Assembly (NCBI GenBank): GCA_041659685.1
Contig: JBAZXV010000009.1
Coordinates: 1 to 53,789 of the forward strand
Length of the DNA stretch: 53,789 bases
Direction of reading: 5' to 3'
DNA from: Parcubacteria group bacterium
Lineage (GTDB): Bacteria; Patescibacteriota; Minisyncoccia; Moranbacterales; UBA11712
The notes under the pieces were generated by a model, which made no database searches, was not told where the DNA came from, and worked only from the letters and a program-made list of their open reading frames with translations. Numbering within the stretch: the stretch's first letter is position 1; every line of letters begins with the position of its first letter. Shown in pieces: positions 52,890 to 53,789 of the stretch. Both the position numbers and the translations under genes were made by a program.

Positions 52890-53789
52890 TTATGGCGCGA
52901 CGGTTGTTGTTTTGCGCCATCCGCTTGCTCCGGAGCAGATATAAAATTCGTCGGCAGTCGCATCCCAGTATAACCTTCCCTCTTCAGCCGCGGCATCGCA
53001 ATCAGCGCTTGCCGGCGCGCCGGAATTGTTATCGAGCTGGACATATCCGCCGTCCACGTGCAGTTTGCTTTGAGGCGCCGTCGTCCCAATGCCGACGTTA
53101 CCCGATATTATCGCTCCATTTGTTGGTGCTGCGGCTGTTCCTGCGTAGCTTCCGACTGCTATTCCACCATTGATGTCCAGTTTGCTTAATGGAACCATCG
53201 TTCCGATGCCGATTTTGCCTGCGATCGTTCCTCCACCGATTGTCATTTGAACAGCAGAATCGGTTACAAAACGTATGTTGTCATAAGGACCGTTGTCATC
53301 ACCAAAGTTGTTGACAATCAAACTATCGCCATAAGTTCCATAACGGAAAGGACTGCTGCCACTAGAATTTTGCTCAATATCTGTCGAAGCACTGTCTGCA
53401 ATATCTCCAATATTACGGCTTACACGTAAAATTGTTGAACCATTCGCATGAAAAACAGATTTCGTAAACTCACCAACAACAACATTGCTTGCCGTTGCAA
53501 TGGGTGAAGACACAGTTAATTTAGACGATGGACTCGTCGTCCCGATGCCGACGTTACCAGCTGTATAGGAAATTCCGCCGGTGCCCGCGTTCCAATAGGA
53601 ACTTGAGGATGTTCCGACATCCACGCCATTAATCTTCAGTCCCGTGGCGTTGACGACGCCTCCCACATCCATTTTGTATCCCGGCGCCGTCGTCCCAATC
53701 CCCACATTCCCCGCAAAGTAGTTGCTCCCCGTTCCGCTCGATGTGACTGTGCCGCTGGTGGCAATGTCTCCGCTGTCAATCGTCCCAAC
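52890..53789 (-). CDS. Fibre/adhesin-like protein, paralogue of the gene at 1-1073, with its 5' end outside the window
   Basis: The minus-strand frame is open from 53789 (exactly 300 codons) to the TAA at 52890-52892. There are four G(N/K)(V/I)GIGT..KL motifs. The C-terminal Cys domain (ADCDAAAEEGRLYWD..YICSGASGW) resembles the left-hand gene. The first 102 nt are identical to 21-122. Confidence 0.7.
   Translation of the reverse strand, partial: VGTIDSGDIATSGTVTSSGTGSNYFAGNVGIGTTAPGYKMDVGGVVNATGLKINGVDVGTSSSSYWNAGTGGISYTAGNVGIGTTSPSSKLTVSSPIATASNVVVGEFTKSVFHANGSTILRVSRNIGDIADSASTDIEQNSSGSSPFRYGTYGDSLIVNNFGDDNGPYDNIRFVTDSAVQMTIGGGTIAGKIGIGTMVPLSKLDINGGIAVGSYAGTAAAPTNGAIISGNVGIGTTAPQSKLHVDGGYVQLDNNSGAPASADCDAAAEEGRLYWDATADEFYICSGASGWRKTTTVAP

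Noticed and set aside
1-53789. A prophage, plasmid or genomic island identity for the segment, prompted by the terminal inverted repeats and the tail-fibre-like genes
   Set aside because: The interior is essential housekeeping (secA, tyrS, smc, ribosomal proteins, mur genes). There are no integrase, transposase, replication, capsid or terminase genes. The fibre-like proteins are better read as cellular surface proteins.

Overview
This 53.8-kb window is a gene-dense, AT-rich chromosomal segment. From gene content I infer a reduced-genome, CPR/Patescibacteria-like bacterium: four-subunit PFOR plus ferredoxin, a short SMC, K/E-tailed ribosomal proteins, many small Nudix genes, almost no biosynthesis. 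I call about 57 protein genes, all on the + strand except three (2692-3354, 38438-40510, 52890-53789).

Content in order:
- 5'-truncated fibre/adhesin-like repeat protein.
- SAM-I riboswitch and metK, a convergent SAM methyltransferase, and a TM-helix membrane protein.
- secA, interrupted by one in-frame TAG.
- An island of four Nudix hydrolases, a P-loop protein, Maf and a secreted metallophosphoesterase.
- tyrS, nusB, rnc, smc, rpsP, a KH-domain protein and trmD.
- ftsW-murG-(patatin)-murC-murB.
- Deoxyhypusine-synthase-like, agmatinase, methyltransferase and PurD-like ATP-grasp genes.
- ECF-S-like protein, DUF1893, hpf, DUF2207, mltG, a dihydroorotase-like protein and a 416-aa orphan.
- An isolated rplJ-rplL operon.
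- An extremely AT-rich island driving two micro-ORFs, then a convergent membrane PP2C-like protein.
- wHTH regulator, rmuC, and an envelope glycan cluster (QxxRW GT2 synthase, WecA/MraY-family GT4, DUF192).
- DsbA-like protein, porGDAB plus ferredoxin, htrA, and a second fibre/adhesin paralogue on the minus strand.

I saw no rRNA, tRNA, CRISPR array, transposase, integrase or phage gene. Most of the window is ordinary housekeeping.

Items worth a second look:
1. A perfect inverted repeat of at least 102 bp forms both window ends. It is the shared 5' part of the two fibre genes, with module shuffling at GIGTT junctions and a shared 21-bp palindrome downstream.
2. The DHS-like/agmatinase/methyltransferase/ATP-grasp cluster.
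3. The in-frame TAG in secA, plus a ghost SEC-C tail beyond its stop codon.
4. An SMC with no visible hinge.
5. The AT-only island with a Cys-rich micro-protein cassette.
6. Several families of intergenic hairpin or low-complexity repeats, and a 23-bp stem between rplJ and rplL.

All functional calls come from motif recognition by eye, with no database search.
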